DNA of 63,630 bases, the filler included, from Rhizaria sp. SCN 62-66 (Eukaryota): assembly GCA_001724265.1 (NCBI GenBank). It is 3 parts of 3 records of this genome, joined end to end, with 100 filler letters (N's around TTAATTAATTAA, not from the genome) between each part and the next. Parts side by side here need not be neighbours in the genome. Positions count along the whole stretch, not along the records: positions 47,291 to 63,630 come from MEDY01000489.1; 2 more parts are not named here. One strand, given 5' to 3'. Positions 61,501 through 63,630 of this stretch are shown in pieces (the first letter of the stretch is position 1; each line of letters begins with the position of its first letter). The position numbers and the translations under genes were made by a program. The notes under the pieces are model-generated. The model saw only the letters and a list, made by a program, of their open reading frames with translations. It made no database searches and had not been told where the DNA came from.

Positions 61501-62231
61501 TGACGCCCGAGGCCGCGCACTACGGCGGCGCGATCCGCGGCGAGGGCGAGGACGAGCAGATGATGGCGCGCCTCGCGCTGCTGCGGTACAACCAGCCCGA
61601 GCTGGCCGTGGCGCGTTTTGGCGCCCGCGCGCACGCGCGCGTGTGGCCGCAGGAGTATCTCTCTGCGCAGCGTGAACGGCTGGCCACGCACAAGGGCGTC
61701 GAGTCCGTCCCCTACGAGGAGGCCGTCAGCGCCGAGGAGCGCAAGGAGGACCTCAAGGCGTTCAACGCCGCGGACCCCACCGGGCGCGCGATGCGCTCGC
61801 GCGGCACCGACACGGACATCCTCAACCCCAGCGCCAAGGACAACAAGGGCGAGCGCGACGTCGACCCCGACGCCGTGGAGGCCGAGGCTGAGGCCGCCGA
61901 CGCCGCTGCCGCTGAGGCTGAGGCCGAGGAGAAGGAGGACGGTGGCGAGACCTCTGCCCCCGGCGCCGCGGTGGCGTCCGCGTCTGGCGCGACGGCGGCG
62001 GCTAAGGAGGCCGACGCGACCAACACGATCGACCCCGAGGCCGAGGCCGCGGCCGACGCTGCGTTCGAGGCCGAGACTGCGGACTACGCCGATGAAGAGG
62101 CGCCCGCGCCCGCGCCCGCTGCCGCTGCCGCTGCTGCTGCGGAGGATAGCGCGGCGCAGGGCGGCGACATCGAGATGCAGTCCATGGACAAGAAGGCCGA
62201 CAAGAGCGAGGGCAGCGACAAGGACGAGTAA
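58566..62231 (+). CDS. OSCA/CSC1/TMEM63 (RSN1-family) channel with a long acidic/Ala C-terminal tail
   Basis: Motifs GFFAWVPQTL..DEQIL..SGVDALVTIRF, APEPREIHW, FFWAIPIGFI, LLAQSIP...FTSYVML and FETGGQFWP; about 11 TM segments; ATG 58566; stop TAA. Confidence 0.94.
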   Translation: MSTSADENTVPDGTSSFVAALVVNAGIGFLLLILFSFLRRKVPWCYDARRVDTIRNPNYRSGDAYLEPPPRQEKGFFAWVPQTLRMTDEQILHTSGVDALVTIRFFFYMFLYFGAITIFSVAVLLPIQYLADGELSGFNMLSFANIPERSHRAVANLVFCYVFTFGLFFVLYKLWNLNVATQSKWLANEQFCGRKLTVLVEGLPKAYRTDAALLKFFSTLFDRGVSGATVIKVTARLRALLVERDAAVNALNHAQGLRETDFGKGYPRQQHKLKMCCPAEADKVDAVAHFSHKVAEIDAKIAEAKRQSLEAATCGLVAFSSAAAAATASQVPLVSTFGRFTTRWAPEPREIHWDGMIMPPMRKHVMTVVMAVAHFFLVFFWAIPIGFISSLTSLESLSKVLPFLDDVVNLAPAIKGFLEGFLPALVMSIFMSILPIILAAMGRAQGIESESWVQMYVLKKYYVFQIFNFFLLTALASSVFKQMQEIIDDPTSIVTLLAQSIPTSATVFTSYVMLRAFMDNFLELAQVVRQLVCFLLGFISSTPDEFVGKWNPDPFKYGKMIPEALLVFTIGFCFSTIQPILVLFVAAFFLSGYLVHAYMFAFINVTVFETGGQFWPLTFNRMIVGVLISQLTMAGLFGLKKLPIEAAVMVPLIFITLFFWWYCDTNYAGKFYNPSVMEAVLTDKDRAMVSTTDKALLIAGRPVAPLGDDILPFLVPDRFADCEQRENTVMIMGLDAATEEAKVKNISDAKLTATDAAICGNPDRMRAKFNQSEKRYLAAAAAGSNENGDVDSDAEADAHDKKLAAQVAAAAAASQAEQKDEPVLVSSASIALAIAKAKADAEAQNKPPAAAGASGAVEGSAASAEAAGPEDPLTVPPSSSSVAPSPSAGKDKDAGKDGALDRVDSGVSDAAKERLEELRADFRRAAAAVAAARAKREEARATVRKNKIAHLEAAAANDAVAAAAAARAAKAAMRDARGLTPEAAHYGGAIRGEGEDEQMMARLALLRYNQPELAVARFGARAHARVWPQEYLSAQRERLATHKGVESVPYEEAVSAEERKEDLKAFNAADPTGRAMRSRGTDTDILNPSAKDNKGERDVDPDAVEAEAEAADAAAAEAEAEEKEDGGETSAPGAAVASASGATAAAKEADATNTIDPEAEAAADAAFEAETADYADEEAPAPAPAAAAAAAAEDSAAQGGDIEMQSMDKKADKSEGSDKDE

Positions 62232-63630
62232 GCAAACAGTCGAGCAAACAAACAAGCAGCTGTTGTGGCAGTCTGCGTGAGTTTTCTTGAGGACTTGGTT
62301 GTGTGTGCTGTCTCTGTGAGTTCTGTGTGGTGTTTTCATGCTGCTGATGATGTTCACTGTCTTGTTTGATGTTGCTGATGTTGTTGTGACTCTTGTTGCT
62401 TTTGTCTCATCTGCTCTGTTTCTGCCACTGCCGGCAGGACTTGAGTGCAGACGGACTGGAACACGAGTGCACAACTTGAGCAATTTGAATGACTCGCATT
62501 TACGCCCACGTAGTGCGATTTGACAGCAGAGACGGCATCGTGGCCGTGCTATGTTGTTACTGCGAGTCTCATCTTCACTCTTGTGCTAAGTCTTCGCTCT
62601 TGCTATTCTCTTCGTCGTCGTCATAATCTTGTTTGTGTTTGTTTTGTTCATTCATGATTGCATGGTTATCGTCGTCCTGTTCACTTTTCTTTTCGTCAAG
62701 TCGATTCGAATCGTAAATTTTGTTGTTTCTTCTTCTTTGTTACCGCGCACAACGCCAGTCACAAGTTCCACAACAATTCTATTCGCCTTGCGTGCGTGTA
62801 TATTTGAGTGATTACGCTGTGCTGTGCTAGGGTGACGAAGTGAATTTTTATTTTTTTAAAGTATGATTGTATTTTTTCTTTGTTTATCCTGTAGTACGAC
62901 ACAAAAAATGATTTTATTTTCATTTCTTTTTGTTTTTGTTTCTGTTTGAGACATGAGTAATATTTAAATTACGAATTCCTCTTTTGTGATCTCGATCGCC
63001 TTTGTTCGACTTCGATCGCCGTGTTTCGCCGTGCTTCGATTCGCCTTGCTTTGCTTTGCTTCTCTTTTGCTCTCAGCATGGTTTAGCTTTGCTTTGCTTC
63101 TTCTTGATTCTCCCTTGCCGCCCGCCGCTGCACTGCACACGCACGGCGTCGACGACGACAGAGGCGGTTTCCCGTTTCCTTCTCTCCTTCATCTACACAC
63201 ACCACCTTCATCGACTCTCTCAACTACACTCGACTATTCTCGACTACCATATGTTACACTTCATGACACTACTCTGCTCTACGCCCCACGCTACGTGAAA
63301 ACACTCTCTTGTGGCTGTGACACAAATCACAGTCGCGCGTCACAGTCACCATCTGTCACCGTCACTCGCTCTCGATTCACTGTTCTGCTCGAGCATCGCG
63401 GCACTGCGCAGCACAGCACGCAGCGCGGTAGACTGCAGTAGGGCGTGGCTTAGCATCGGACAATGCTGTGTCATATGCCTCGTTGTGATGTCTCCTGCGC
63501 TGATGTACGATCAATTGTTGCATTTTTATCAATACCCCCGATGTAGAGGTTTATGAAAAAACGTGTTTTCCGCGATTTTCGCGCCTTGGTGCGCACTTTT
63601 CTATTTCACTACGAGCGAAATAGTCCATCG

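Overview
Nuclear DNA of a microbial eukaryote: very GC-rich, Ala-rich coding sequence, AT-richer intergenic DNA and 103-316 nt spliceosomal introns. It consists of three contigs joined by two artificial 100-nt linkers (N44-TTAATTAATTAA-N44). About 20 protein genes are supported. They include an SLC35A nucleotide-sugar transporter, a CCA-adding enzyme, an Enhancer-of-polycomb-like fragment, fused DHFR-TS, prefoldin 3, a Rad16-like SNF2 ATPase, VPS25, a CD36-family protein, an RNF32-like RING-IQ protein, an AGC kinase and an OSCA/TMEM63 channel. The main result is evidence for a non-standard nuclear genetic code. Nine in-frame TAG codons interrupt two otherwise continuous genes, mostly in Gln-like contexts, and one lies between the two halves of the catalytic motif of the CCA-adding enzyme. 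All 18 inferred gene ends use TAA (12) or TGA (6). This suggests TAG is a sense codon, probably Gln, while TAA remains a stop. Also notable: a probable nucleus-encoded Cox1 C-terminal fragment, a uniform GT(A/T)CG 5' splice site, and a possibly inverted middle contig. All homology calls come from motif recognition by eye; no searches were run.
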